Shown: positions 1-9,014, counted from the stretch's first letter. The stretch: DNA of 32,000 nt from Cupriavidus necator (GCF_016127575.1 NZ_CP066018.1:2940001-2972000); one strand, 5' to 3'. Numbers and translations: made by a program. The notes: generated by a model not told the origin, from the letters alone.

Positions 1-759
1 CACGTTGAAGCCGCCGTCGACATAGGTGATCTCACCGGTCACGCCGCTGGCCAGGTCGGACAGCAGGAAGGCGGCCACGTTGCCGACTTCTTCGATGGTG
101 ACGTTGCGGCGCAGCGGCGCGGCCTGCTCGAAGTGGCCGAGCAGCTTGCCGAAGCCCTTGATGCCCGAGGCGGCCAGGGTCTTGATCGGGCCGGCGGAGA
201 TGCCGTTGGCGCGGATGCCACGCGGACCGACCGACGAGGCCAGGTAGCGCACGCTGGCTTCCAGCGAGGCCTTGGCCAGGCCCATGGTGTTGTAGTTGGG
301 AACCACGCGCTCTGCGCCCAGGTAGGTCAGCGTCAGCAGCGAGGCCTTGTCCGATAGCAGCGGCAGCGCGGCCTTGGCCAGCGCCGGGAAGCTGTAGGCG
401 GAGATGTCATGGGCGATGCGGAAACCTTCGCGCGACAGGCCTTCCAGGAAGTCGCCGGCGATCGCCTCGCGCGGCGCGAAGCCGATCGAGTGCACCAGGC
501 CGTCGAACTTATCCCAGCGCTGGCCCAGCGCGGCGAAGGTCGCGGCGATCTGCTCGTCGCTGCCGACGTCGCATTCGAACACCAGGTCGCTGCCGAATTC
601 CTTGGCAAAGTCGCTGATCCGGTCCTTGAACCGTTCGCCGACATAGGTGAAGGCCAGTTCGGCGCCTTCGCGTTTGCACGCCGACGCGATGCCATAGGCG
701 ATCGACCGGTTAGAGAGCAAGCCGGTGATCAGGATCCGCTTACCTGCCAGAAATCCCAT
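1..759 (-). CDS. fabI: enoyl-[acyl-carrier-protein] reductase (NADH) FabI; C-terminus runs off the left edge of the window
   Basis: Absent from the ORF track because there is no stop codon in the window. My reverse-strand translation from ATG 759-757 gives [39 protein letters not shown]...[20 protein letters not shown]...[15 protein letters not shown]...[12 protein letters not shown]. This is near-colinear with E. coli FabI as I remember it. A GGAG-like RBS (ttggagaa) lies just upstream. GC3 bias is strong. Confidence 0.9.
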   Translation of the reverse strand, partial: MGFLAGKRILITGLLSNRSIAYGIASACKREGAELAFTYVGERFKDRISDFAKEFGSDLVFECDVGSDEQIAATFAALGQRWDKFDGLVHSIGFAPREAIAGDFLEGLSREGFRIAHDISAYSFPALAKAALPLLSDKASLLTLTYLGAERVVPNYNTMGLAKASLEASVRYLASSVGPRGIRANGISAGPIKTLAASGIKGFGKLLGHFEQAAPLRRNVTIEEVGNVAAFLLSDLASGVTGEITYVDGGFNV

Positions 760-969
760 AAGTTCTCCAAGGTGGTGTATCAGGCACGCTTCGTGCGTCC
801 GCCGTGCGGCCGTGCGCGTGCTTTGCTGTCTTGCGGCCGTTTTTATTGCGCCGCGCAGAGGGAATGTCCGGATGGCTGGCGCCACCCCCGACGCATGTAA
901 AATTGTCTCATACTTGGCCCGGCCGCAGAATGCCGGGCCCCACAGGTCATAGTGGAGGAATCCAACGGG

Positions 970-2871
970 ATGCCTATTCAAGCACGTTGGCCGCTTCAGG
1001 CGGCATGGCAGTGCTTCCGGCGGGATGCGGTACTGCGCGGTTGGGTCGCAAGCGGGCTGGCGATGGCGCTGGCGGCGGGGGTCTCTCTCTTTTCAAATCC
1101 GGCGCTGGCGGCGCATGGCTTCGCGCTGCACGGGGACCTGAAGTACCAGGCGGATTTCCGGCATTTCGACTATGCCAATCCCAATGCACCCGCCGGCGGC
1201 ACGCTGACACTCGCCAATCCGGACCGGCGCACCAGTTTCGACAAGTTCAATCCGTTCACGCTGAAGGGCACGTCGGCGCCCGGCCTGAACGCGCTGATGT
1301 TCGAGTCGCTGCTGATCAGCAGCGCCGACGAGAGCGCGAGCGCCTATGGCTTGCTCGCCGAGGATGTCACGGTGGCGCCGGACGAGCTGTCGGTCACGTT
1401 CACCATCCGGCCCCAGGCGCGCTTCTCCAATGGCGACCCGGTGCTGGCGTCGGATGTCAAATATTCTTATGACATGCTGATGAGCAAGGCCTCGAGTCCG
1501 GGCTATCGCAGCATGTGTACCGATGTGAAGGCGGTGATCGTCGCCGGCGAGCGCACAGTGCGCTTCGAATTCAAGCAGCGCAACCGCGAGCTGCCGCTGA
1601 TCGTAGGCTCGCTGCCGGTGTTCTCGAAGAAATGGACGGCCAAGGTTCCGTTCGAGAAGCTGACCTTCGAGCCGCCGGTCACCAGTGGCCCCTACCTGAT
1701 CGAGCGCTATGACGCCGGCCGCGGCATCATCTTCCAGCGCGACCCGAAGTACTGGGGCAAGGATCTCGCGGTGCGCCGCGGCACCTTCAATTTCGCGCGC
1801 GTGGCCTACCGCCTGTACAAGGACGAGACCGCCAAGCTCGAGGCATTCAAGGCAGGGGAGTTCGACGCCATCGTCGAATACAAGGCCAAGAACTGGGCCA
1901 AGAGCTACCAGGGCACCCGCTTTCGCAACGGCGAGCTGCTGAAGACCGAGTTCCCGCACCGCAACGGTGCAGGCATGCAGGGCTTCGTGATGAATATGCG
2001 CAAGCCGGTGTTCCAGGACGTGCGCGTGCGCCAGGCCCTGATCCTTGCGCTGGACTTCGAATGGCTGAACCGGCAGTTGTTCTACGGCGCCTACAGGCGG
2101 CTGGACAGCTGGTTCTCCAACAGCGAGCTGGCCGCCAGCGCCACCTTCGATGGCCGACCCAGCCCGGGCGAGCTGGCGTTGCTTGAGCCGCTGCGTGCGG
2201 AATTGCCGCCGGAGGTGTTCGGCCCGGACGTGGTCCAGCCCAGCACTGCGGCGCCGCGTTCGCTGCGCGACAACCTGCGCCAGGCACGGCGCCTGCTGGC
2301 CCAGGCCGGCTGGACCTATACGGATGGCGCGCTGCGCAACGCCAAGGGCGAGACGCTGGTGTTCGAGTTCCTCGACGACGGCGGCGCCATGAGCCGCGTC
2401 ATCACCACCTATGTGCGCAACCTGGAGAAGCTTGGTATCCAGGTGAACCAGCGCACCACGGACTTTGCGCTGTACCAGAAGCGGCTGGAGGATTTCGACT
2501 TCGACATGGTGTCGATCCGCTTTCCCGACTCGCAAAGCCCCGGCAACGAGCTGCGCGACCGCTTTTCCAGCGAGGCGGCCGGCACGCCGGGCTCGGACAA
2601 CCTGTTCGGGCTGAAGTCGCCCGTGGTCGACAAGCTGGTGGATAACGTCTTGCACGCCCATACCCGGCAGGAACTGGTCACCGCCGGGCGGGCGCTGGAC
2701 CGGGTGCTGATGCATGGCTACTACATCGTGCCGAACTGGTACAGCGCATCGCACCGCGTGTCCTACCGCAAGACGCTGGCCTACCCGGAGCGCCTTCCCT
2801 ATTACTACACGGCCGAAGGCTGGATCCTGAGCCAATGGTGGCGCACGGACCTGCAGCCGCAGGCACGCTGA
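970..2871 (+). CDS. yejA: ABC transporter periplasmic substrate-binding protein, family 5 (YejA-like peptide/microcin C binding protein)
   Basis: Track ORF 952..2871 starts at GTG 952. The first ATG is at 970, 11 nt after GGAGGAA (954-960). The N-terminus is signal-like, ending ALA-AHG. The body ([31 protein letters not shown]...[11 protein letters not shown]) is the DppA/OppA-type family-5 fold and resembles E. coli YejA. It is the first gene in a yejA-B-E-F order. Confidence 0.85.
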   Translation: MPIQARWPLQAAWQCFRRDAVLRGWVASGLAMALAAGVSLFSNPALAAHGFALHGDLKYQADFRHFDYANPNAPAGGTLTLANPDRRTSFDKFNPFTLKGTSAPGLNALMFESLLISSADESASAYGLLAEDVTVAPDELSVTFTIRPQARFSNGDPVLASDVKYSYDMLMSKASSPGYRSMCTDVKAVIVAGERTVRFEFKQRNRELPLIVGSLPVFSKKWTAKVPFEKLTFEPPVTSGPYLIERYDAGRGIIFQRDPKYWGKDLAVRRGTFNFARVAYRLYKDETAKLEAFKAGEFDAIVEYKAKNWAKSYQGTRFRNGELLKTEFPHRNGAGMQGFVMNMRKPVFQDVRVRQALILALDFEWLNRQLFYGAYRRLDSWFSNSELAASATFDGRPSPGELALLEPLRAELPPEVFGPDVVQPSTAAPRSLRDNLRQARRLLAQAGWTYTDGALRNAKGETLVFEFLDDGGAMSRVITTYVRNLEKLGIQVNQRTTDFALYQKRLEDFDFDMVSIRFPDSQSPGNELRDRFSSEAAGTPGSDNLFGLKSPVVDKLVDNVLHAHTRQELVTAGRALDRVLMHGYYIVPNWYSASHRVSYRKTLAYPERLPYYYTAEGWILSQWWRTDLQPQAR

Positions 2872-2910
2872 CGCGCCCGCCGCGAACAAGACAAGGAAGA
2901 GGACCGGCCG

Positions 2911-3960
2911 ATGCTTGCCTACCTGCTCAAGCGCATTCTGCTGATGATCCCGACGTTGATCGGGGTCATCACGCTGACCTTCGTGGTGATCCAGTTCGTG
3001 CCGGGTGGCCCGGTCGAGCAGATGATGATGGAACTGAAAGGGCGGGGCGGTGCCGGCGAAGCCAGCGGCGGTGGCGCCGAATACCGCGGGCGGCGCGGCG
3101 TCGACCCCGAGAAGATCAAGGAGATCCAGGCCCTGTATGGCTTTGACAAACCGCCGCTGGAGCGCTACTTCCTGATGCTCAAGCGCTTTGCCCAGTTCGA
3201 CCTGGGCCAGAGCTATTTCCAGCACCGCAGCGTGTGGGAGCTGGTCAAGTCCAAGCTGCCGGTGTCGGTCAGCCTGGGTTTGTGGACCTTCTTCCTGACC
3301 TACCTGATATCGGTGCCGCTGGGCATTTCCAAGGCCATCCGCGCGGGCAGCCGCTTTGACGTGGTGACCAGCATCATCGTGCTGGTGGGCTATGCCATCC
3401 CCGGCTTCGTGCTGGGCGTGCTGCTGCTGGTGCTGTTCGGCGGCGGCACCTTCGTGCAGTGGTTCCCGCTGCGCGGGCTGACCTCCGACAACTGGGAGCA
3501 GCTCTCGCTGATGGGCAAGGTGATGGACTACCTGTGGCACCTGGTGCTGCCGATCACGGCATCGGTGGTGGGCAGCTTCGCGGTGGTCACCATGCTGACC
3601 AAGAATGCCTTCCTTGAGGAAATCCGCAAGCAATACGTGCTGACCGCGCGCGCCAAGGGCCTGGGCGAGCGCCGCGTGCTGTGGAAGCACGTGTTCCGCA
3701 ACGCGCTGATCCCGCTGGTGACGGGATTCCCGGCCGCGTTCATCGGCGCCTTCTTCACCGGCTCGCTGCTGATCGAGACGCTGTTCTCGCTCGACGGGCT
3801 GGGCCTGCTGTCTTATGAGGCGGTGCTGCGGCGCGACTATCCGGTGGTGCTGGGCACGCTCTACCTGTTCACGCTGATCGGGCTGGTCACGCGCCTGATC
3901 TCCGATGTCTGCTACGTGCTGGTGGACCCGCGCATCCATTTCGAGGGCTTGCACCGATGA
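2911..3960 (+). CDS. yejB: ABC transporter permease (YejB-like, DppB/OppB family)
   Basis: Track ORF of 349 aa. An AGGAAGAGG RBS lies about 10 nt upstream. The protein is multi-TM with an EAA-loop region (YVLTARAKGLGERRVLWKHVFRNALIPL). Position in the operon fits. Confidence 0.85.
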   Translation: MLAYLLKRILLMIPTLIGVITLTFVVIQFVPGGPVEQMMMELKGRGGAGEASGGGAEYRGRRGVDPEKIKEIQALYGFDKPPLERYFLMLKRFAQFDLGQSYFQHRSVWELVKSKLPVSVSLGLWTFFLTYLISVPLGISKAIRAGSRFDVVTSIIVLVGYAIPGFVLGVLLLVLFGGGTFVQWFPLRGLTSDNWEQLSLMGKVMDYLWHLVLPITASVVGSFAVVTMLTKNAFLEEIRKQYVLTARAKGLGERRVLWKHVFRNALIPLVTGFPAAFIGAFFTGSLLIETLFSLDGLGLLSYEAVLRRDYPVVLGTLYLFTLIGLVTRLISDVCYVLVDPRIHFEGLHR

Positions 3961-5093
3961 AACTGTTCACGCACGCGGCCCCCAACGGGCTGCCGCATTC
4001 GCCTTCGCCGCGCCAGCGCGCCTGGCAGCGCTTTCGCCGCAACCGGCGCGGCTACTGGAGCCTGGTGATCTTCGTGGTCATCTTCGTGCTGAGCCTGGGC
4101 GCCGAGCTGCTGTCCAGCAACCGGCCGCTGGTGGTGCACTACAAGGGCGAATGGTATTTCCCCATCGTCAAGGTCTACCCGGAAACCACCTTCGACGGCG
4201 ATTTCGCCACGCCCGCGGACTACCTCGATCCGTATATCCGCGACCGCATCACCACCAACGGCAACTTCGCGGTGTTCCCGCTGAACCATTATTCGTACGA
4301 CTCGCTCAACTACTTTGCCAAGGAGCCCAACCCGGCGCCGCCGTCGGCAGAGAACTGGCTGGGCACCGACGACCGCGGCCGCGACATCCTGGCCCGGCTG
4401 CTGTATGGCTTCCGCGTGTCGGTGCTGTTCAGCCTGGCGCTGACCGTGATCGGGGTGCTGGTGGGCACGCTGACCGGGGCGCTGATGGGCTTCTTCGGCG
4501 GGCGCTTCGACCTGTTCTCGCAGCGTGCCATCGAGATCTGGAGCTCGATGCCGGAGCTGTACCTGCTGATCATCTTTGCCTCGATCTTCGAGCCCAGCCT
4601 GGCGCTGCTGATCATCCTGCTGTCGCTGTTCGGCTGGATGGGCCTGTCCGACTACGTGCGCGCCGAGTTCTACCGCAACCGCTCGCTCGACTACGTCAAG
4701 GCCGCGCGCGCGCTGGGCCTGTCCAACGTGCAGATCATGTGGCGCCATATCCTGCCCAACAGCCTGACCCCGGTGATCACCTTCCTGCCGTTCCGCATGA
4801 GCGCCGCGATCCTGGCGCTGACCAGCCTGGACTTCCTCGGCATGGGCGTGCCGCCGACCACGCCCAGCCTGGGCGAGCTGCTGGCGCAGGGCAAGGCCAA
4901 CCTGGATGCGTGGTGGATTTCGCTGTCGACCTTCGCGGTGCTGGTGGTCACGCTGCTGCTGCTGACCTTCATGGGCGACGCGCTGCGCGATGCCTTCGAT
5001 ACCCGCCTGGGCCTGGCGGCGCTGCGCGGCCGGGTCGAACCCAAGATCCCGGCCGGCGCGCCGACCGGGGCGGCACCGGAGGCCACGCCATGA
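3957..5093 (+). CDS. yejE: ABC transporter permease (YejE-like, DppC/OppC family)
   Basis: Track ORF of 378 aa. ATGA start/stop overlap with yejB at 3957-3960. The permease EAA region is DYVKAARALGLSNVQIMWRHILPNSLTPVI. Confidence 0.85.
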   Translation: MKLFTHAAPNGLPHSPSPRQRAWQRFRRNRRGYWSLVIFVVIFVLSLGAELLSSNRPLVVHYKGEWYFPIVKVYPETTFDGDFATPADYLDPYIRDRITTNGNFAVFPLNHYSYDSLNYFAKEPNPAPPSAENWLGTDDRGRDILARLLYGFRVSVLFSLALTVIGVLVGTLTGALMGFFGGRFDLFSQRAIEIWSSMPELYLLIIFASIFEPSLALLIILLSLFGWMGLSDYVRAEFYRNRSLDYVKAARALGLSNVQIMWRHILPNSLTPVITFLPFRMSAAILALTSLDFLGMGVPPTTPSLGELLAQGKANLDAWWISLSTFAVLVVTLLLLTFMGDALRDAFDTRLGLAALRGRVEPKIPAGAPTGAAPEATP

Positions 5094-6751
5094 CCGCGGT
5101 GTCTCCCGTGATCCAGCCGGCCGTGGCGCCGGCCGCGACGCCGGCGCCCGGTTCCACGCTGATGTGCGTCGACAAACTTTCCGTCACCTTCGGCCACGGC
5201 GAGCATGCCACCCGTGCCGTGCGTGAAGTCAGCTTCGACCTGCGCGCGGGCGAGCGCTACGCGCTGGTGGGCGAGTCGGGCTCGGGCAAGACCGTGACCG
5301 CGCTGGCGATGCTGCGGCTGGTGGAAGACGCCTACTACGACGGCGCGATCCGCTTCGAGGGCAAGAACCTGCTGGAGGTGTCGGACCGCGAGATGCGCGG
5401 CATCCGCGGCGCCGAGATCGCGATGATTTTCCAGGAGCCGATGACGGCGCTCAACCCGCTGTACACCATCGGCAACCAGATCGTCGAGACGCTGGCGCTG
5501 CACGAGGGCCTGGACCGCCGCGCCGCGCGCGAGCGCGCCATCGCGCTGCTGGAGCGCACCGGCATTAGCGACGCCGCGCACCGCTTCGACAGCTTCCCGC
5601 ACCAGCTCTCGGGCGGCCAGCGCCAGCGCGCCATGATCGCCATGGCGCTGGCCTGCCGCCCCAAGCTGCTGCTCGCCGACGAGCCGACCACGGCGCTGGA
5701 CGTGACCATCCGCGCCCAGATCATGGACCTGCTGCGTGACCTGCAGGCCGAGTTCGGCATGGCGGTGATGCTGATCACCCATGACCTCAACCTGGTGCGT
5801 TCCTTTGCCCAGCGCGTGGGCGTGATGGAGAAGGGCGTGCTGGTCGAGACCGGCGAGACCGCGCAGGTGTTTGCCGCCCCCCAGCACCCCTACACCCGCA
5901 AGCTGATCGACAGCCGCCCCAGGCGCGAGGTGCTGCCGCTGGTGCCGCTGGCGCCGGTGCTGCTGGAAGCGCGCAAGCTGAGCGTCAACTACGCGCGCAA
6001 GCGCCGCGGGCTGGCCGGCTGGTTCGGCAAGGACCAGTTTGCGGCGGTCAAGGACGTGGACTTCCAGCTGCGCGAGGGCGAGACCGTCGGCATCGTCGGC
6101 GAGTCCGGTTCGGGCAAGACCACGCTGGCGCATACCGTGCTGGCGCTGCAGCGCAAGAGCGGCGGCACCATCCATTTCCTCGGCCGCAGCTTCGACACCG
6201 CCACGCGCGACGATCGCCGCCAGTTGCGCGCGCGCATGCAGGTGGTGTTCCAGGACCCGTTCGGCTCGCTGGCGCCGCGCATGACCATCGAGCAGATCGT
6301 CGGCGAAGGCCTGGCGCTGCACCAGCCCGGGCTGTCGCACGAGGGCACGCGCCAGCGCGTGATCGAAGCCCTGCGCGAGGTCGGCCTGGACCGCACCGCG
6401 CTGGGCCGCTATCCGCATGAATTCTCGGGCGGGCAGCGGCAGCGCATCGCCATTGCCCGGGTGCTGATCCTCAAGCCGCAGATCCTGGTGCTGGACGAGC
6501 CCACCTCGGCGCTGGACGTGTCGATCCAGCAGCAGGTGCTGGCGCTGCTGTCCCAGCTGCAGCACAAGTACAACCTCACCTACCTGTTCATCAGCCATGA
6601 CCTGGCGGTGATCCGGGCCATGGCGCATCGGGTTTTCGTGATGAAGGCAGGGGAGGTGGTCGAGGCCGGCGACACCGAAGCGGTGCTGGGCGCACCCCAG
6701 CACCCCTATACGCGCAAGCTGATGGCGGCGGCGCAGGTCGGCGCTGGCTGA
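5090..6751 (+). CDS. yejF: ABC transporter ATP-binding protein with two fused ABC cassettes (YejF-like)
   Basis: This is the in-frame 3-prime part of track ORF 3905..6751. ATG 5090 overlaps the yejE stop (ATGA 5090-5093). Walker A GESGSGKT occurs twice. Signatures are LSGGQRQR and FSGGQRQR. Walker B motifs are LLLADEPTTALD and ILVLDEPTSALD. Confidence 0.9.
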   Translation: MTAVSPVIQPAVAPAATPAPGSTLMCVDKLSVTFGHGEHATRAVREVSFDLRAGERYALVGESGSGKTVTALAMLRLVEDAYYDGAIRFEGKNLLEVSDREMRGIRGAEIAMIFQEPMTALNPLYTIGNQIVETLALHEGLDRRAARERAIALLERTGISDAAHRFDSFPHQLSGGQRQRAMIAMALACRPKLLLADEPTTALDVTIRAQIMDLLRDLQAEFGMAVMLITHDLNLVRSFAQRVGVMEKGVLVETGETAQVFAAPQHPYTRKLIDSRPRREVLPLVPLAPVLLEARKLSVNYARKRRGLAGWFGKDQFAAVKDVDFQLREGETVGIVGESGSGKTTLAHTVLALQRKSGGTIHFLGRSFDTATRDDRRQLRARMQVVFQDPFGSLAPRMTIEQIVGEGLALHQPGLSHEGTRQRVIEALREVGLDRTALGRYPHEFSGGQRQRIAIARVLILKPQILVLDEPTSALDVSIQQQVLALLSQLQHKYNLTYLFISHDLAVIRAMAHRVFVMKAGEVVEAGDTEAVLGAPQHPYTRKLMAAAQVGAG

Positions 6752-6890
6752 CCCGGAGGTGTGCGGCGCAGCAACGCCGCGGCCCCGCCTGGCTAGCATC
6801 CGGTTGTTCGGATCAATCCGATAAACAAGGTGCGAATTCCCGCCTATATCCTTGATTCGCCAGTCAAATCCGGCGAATTTGTAACGAACT

Positions 6891-6919
6891 TTGACATGTG
6901 AATGACAACCCTTTACCAT
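6891..6919 (+). promoter_or_regulatory. sigma70-like promoter candidate for the NlpC/P60 gene: TTGACA-17 nt-TACCAT
   Basis: TTGACA at 6891-6896 and TACCAT at 6914-6919, with a 17-nt spacer. It lies in the AT-richest part of a 389-bp intergenic gap. A second TGACA occurs 11 bp after the first (6903-6907). Confidence 0.45.
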
Positions 6920-7026
6920 CCCGCGAGAACTAGTTTTGGGGGTGGTCCGTCCGACGCATTGGATCGTGCATAGCACGTTTGCGGTGCAAGACAGGCCCGG
7001 AAAGCCTGGTGCGGATGTTGCATAGG

Positions 7027-7078
7027 GTTCACCCCGCAGGTTCACATGAATTTCTCGCGAAGTTCACGCGAATTTCAC
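7027..7078 (+). promoter_or_regulatory. phased direct repeats: GTTCAC at 7027, 7040 and 7062, TTTCAC at 7073; includes a 15-bp unit GTTCACnnGAATTTC repeated with 22-bp period
   Basis: Read directly: GTTCACATGAATTTC (7040-7054) and GTTCACGCGAATTTC (7062-76), 13/15 identical. TTCAC cores start at 7028, 7041, 7063 and 7074, giving spacings of 13, 22 and 11 bp. Confidence 0.4.
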
Positions 7079-7090
7079 ATATAACCAGCT

Positions 7091-7118
7091 GCCCCGGACT
7101 TGTGCCGGGGCTTGCTTT
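7091..7118 (+). terminator. terminator/attenuator-like hairpin in the NlpC/P60 leader
   Basis: GCCCCGG (7091-7097) pairs with CCGGGGC (7105-7111) around a 7-nt loop. It is followed by TTGCTTT. The GGGAGA RBS is about 20 nt downstream. Confidence 0.35.
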
Positions 7119-7140
7119 GGAACGATCAACGGGAGAACCA

Positions 7141-7821
7141 ATGCAGCGATCGGTACTTCATTCCCTGGCGCGTGCCGCCGTCGGAATTGCCATTGTCTGC
7201 GGTGCGACTGTGTCGAATGGAGTGCTGGCGGATACGGTATTCAAGGATGCCGACGCCCGTATCGATGCCACGGCCCACGCCGCGGATTCGCATGCGGAAG
7301 GCAAGCGCGGCTTGCTGTCGTCGGTGGTGAATTCCACCAGCAACGTTGCCAGCAAGGCTGGCGACCTGGTCATGAATGCGCTGGGCCTGATTGGCGTGCG
7401 TTACCGCTTCGGCGGCAACAGCCCCGAATCCGGCCTGGACTGCAGCGGCTTCGTCCGCTACGTGTTCCAGGACACCTTCGGCTTCATGCTGCCGCGCCGC
7501 TCTGTCGAAATCAGCCGTGTCGGCACCACCGTGGCGGCCACCGACCTGCGTCCGGGCGACCTGGTGTTCTTCAACACCATGCGCCAGACCTTCTCGCACG
7601 TCGGCATCTATATCGGCGACAACAAGTTCGTGCATGCCCCGTCCACGGGCAGCAAGATCCGAGTCGACGACATGCGTGCGTCTTACTGGGTGACCCGCTA
7701 CAACGGCGCCCGCCGCATCGAGGATGGCAAGGAGGGCGGCGCCGATGGCCTCGGCGACATGGTCGAGACGCTCAAGCGCTATGACCCCAAGGTTGTCCGC
7801 GCATCGATGTACGGCGGCTGA
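7141..7821 (+). CDS. NlpC/P60 (C40) family peptidoglycan endopeptidase, secreted (MepS/Spr-like)
   Basis: In-frame part of track ORF 6979..7821. ATG 7141 is preceded by GGGAGA. There is a signal peptide (MQRSVLHSLARAAVGIAIVCGATVSNGVLA-DT). Catalytic-domain pattern: YRFGGNSPESGLDCSGFVRYVF...HVGIYIGDNKFVHAPSTG...YWVTRYNGARR. Confidence 0.85.
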   Translation: MQRSVLHSLARAAVGIAIVCGATVSNGVLADTVFKDADARIDATAHAADSHAEGKRGLLSSVVNSTSNVASKAGDLVMNALGLIGVRYRFGGNSPESGLDCSGFVRYVFQDTFGFMLPRRSVEISRVGTTVAATDLRPGDLVFFNTMRQTFSHVGIYIGDNKFVHAPSTGSKIRVDDMRASYWVTRYNGARRIEDGKEGGADGLGDMVETLKRYDPKVVRASMYGG

Positions 7822-7840
7822 GTTTCCGGCGCGCTACAAG

Positions 7841-7872
7841 CAAAAAGGACTGCTGCGACAGTCCTTTTTTCT
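7841..7872. terminator. bidirectional rho-independent terminator between the convergent NlpC/P60 and patatin genes
   Basis: AGGACTG (7846-7852) pairs with CAGTCCT (7859-7865). It is flanked by an A-run on the left and TTTTTT on the right. Confidence 0.7.
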
Positions 7873-7894
7873 TTGGCGGGGCGTGCTCCCCGGG

Positions 7895-8815
7895 CTATTG
7901 CACTGCGACCGTTCCGGCCGGTGCCAGGCGGGCCTGTTCCAGCCGCTGCCGCAGCGTTGCCATCACCGCCGTGGTGGCCTGTTCGCCGGCCAGTATGGCT
8001 CGGTTGCGGGCGTTGAAGTCGCTGCCGCCCATATCGGGCAGCTCGGGGCGGATCACCACGTCGGCGCGCGCCAGTGCCATCTTGTTGATCGACTGGCCCA
8101 TGATCGCGGTGGTCTGCAGCAGCACGCCGCTCTGGCCCGCGTTCTTCTGCGCCGACGGGTCGGCCGAGATGTTGACCGCGATGACAAAGTCCGCGCCCAT
8201 GCCGCGCGCGGAATCCACCGGCACCGGCTCGACCAGGCCGCCGTCGACATAGTCGTGACCCTGGATCGACACCGGCTGGAACACCCCGGGCACGCTGCTC
8301 GACGCGCGCACGGCCTGGCCTGTGTTGCCGCGGCGGAACAGGATTTTCTCGCCGCTCTTGAGATCGGTGGCGACAATGCCCAGCGGCAGCTTCATGGCCT
8401 CGATGGTCCGGTTCTGCACCAGCCGGTTGATGTAGTTCTGCAGCGCCTCGCCCTTGAGCCAGCCGCCGAAGCGGGTGCCGAAGGGCAGGGCCCAGTCGGC
8501 GATGGCAGCCTCGTCCATGGTCAGCGCCAGCTTGTTCAGCTGGAAGCCATTCAGTCCGCTGGCGTAAAGCGCCGCCACGACCGCGCCGGCGCTGGTGCCG
8601 GTGACCAGGTCGGCATGGATGCCTTGCGCTTCGAGCGCCTTGATCACGCCGATATGGGCAAAGCCGCGCGCCGCGCCGCCGCCCAGCGCCAGGCCGATCT
8701 TGACGGGCCGCGGCGCGGGCGGGGTGGTGGCGAGCGGCGGCGCGGGACGCGGGCCGAACGAGCAGCCCGCCAGCAGGGCGGCCGCGGAGATACCGAGGAA
8801 ATGACGTCGTTGCAT
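7895..8815 (-). CDS. patatin-like phospholipase family lipoprotein (RssA-like), with a Tat-type signal
   Basis: Track ORF of 306 aa. The N-terminus MQRRHFLGISAAALLAGC carries an RRxFL twin-arginine motif and an LAGC lipobox. Patatin motifs present: GGGAARG (oxyanion), GTSAG (GxSxG serine) and DGGL (catalytic Asp). Confidence 0.85.
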   Translation of the reverse strand: MQRRHFLGISAAALLAGCSFGPRPAPPLATTPPAPRPVKIGLALGGGAARGFAHIGVIKALEAQGIHADLVTGTSAGAVVAALYASGLNGFQLNKLALTMDEAAIADWALPFGTRFGGWLKGEALQNYINRLVQNRTIEAMKLPLGIVATDLKSGEKILFRRGNTGQAVRASSSVPGVFQPVSIQGHDYVDGGLVEPVPVDSARGMGADFVIAVNISADPSAQKNAGQSGVLLQTTAIMGQSINKMALARADVVIRPELPDMGGSDFNARNRAILAGEQATTAVMATLRQRLEQARLAPAGTVAVQ

Positions 8816-8985
8816 GAAGCGAGATCAGTAGCCAGGTGGGACCGGCGGATACAGGGATGTGATGCGGGCGCTCCTCAATGGGGCTGGCATCGAATTGCCT
8901 GGATCAGCGGCATCACCTCAGACCGGCGCAAGCATAAATGATTCCGCACGGCGCTGGCACGCCGGGCGGGGCGAGGGATGCGCGT

Positions 8986-8994
8986 TGGTATAAT
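8986..8994 (+). promoter_or_regulatory. extended -10 promoter element TGgTATAAT for gltX
   Basis: TG at 8986-8987 and TATAAT at 8989-8994, 68 nt upstream of the gltX ATG. I found no good -35, which extended -10 promoters can tolerate. Confidence 0.5.
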
Positions 8995-9014
8995 GTAAGA
9001 CCTGCACATACACC

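Noticed and set aside
1093-7045. Very long antisense ORFs opposite the yej operon (1093..3954, 953 aa; 4691..7045, 784 aa; also 3912..4748).
   Set aside because: Their translations are Arg/Ala/Gly/His/Gln-rich low-complexity strings with no motifs. They lie exactly opposite genes with clear family signatures and strong GC3 bias. Stop-free antisense frames are expected at this GC content.
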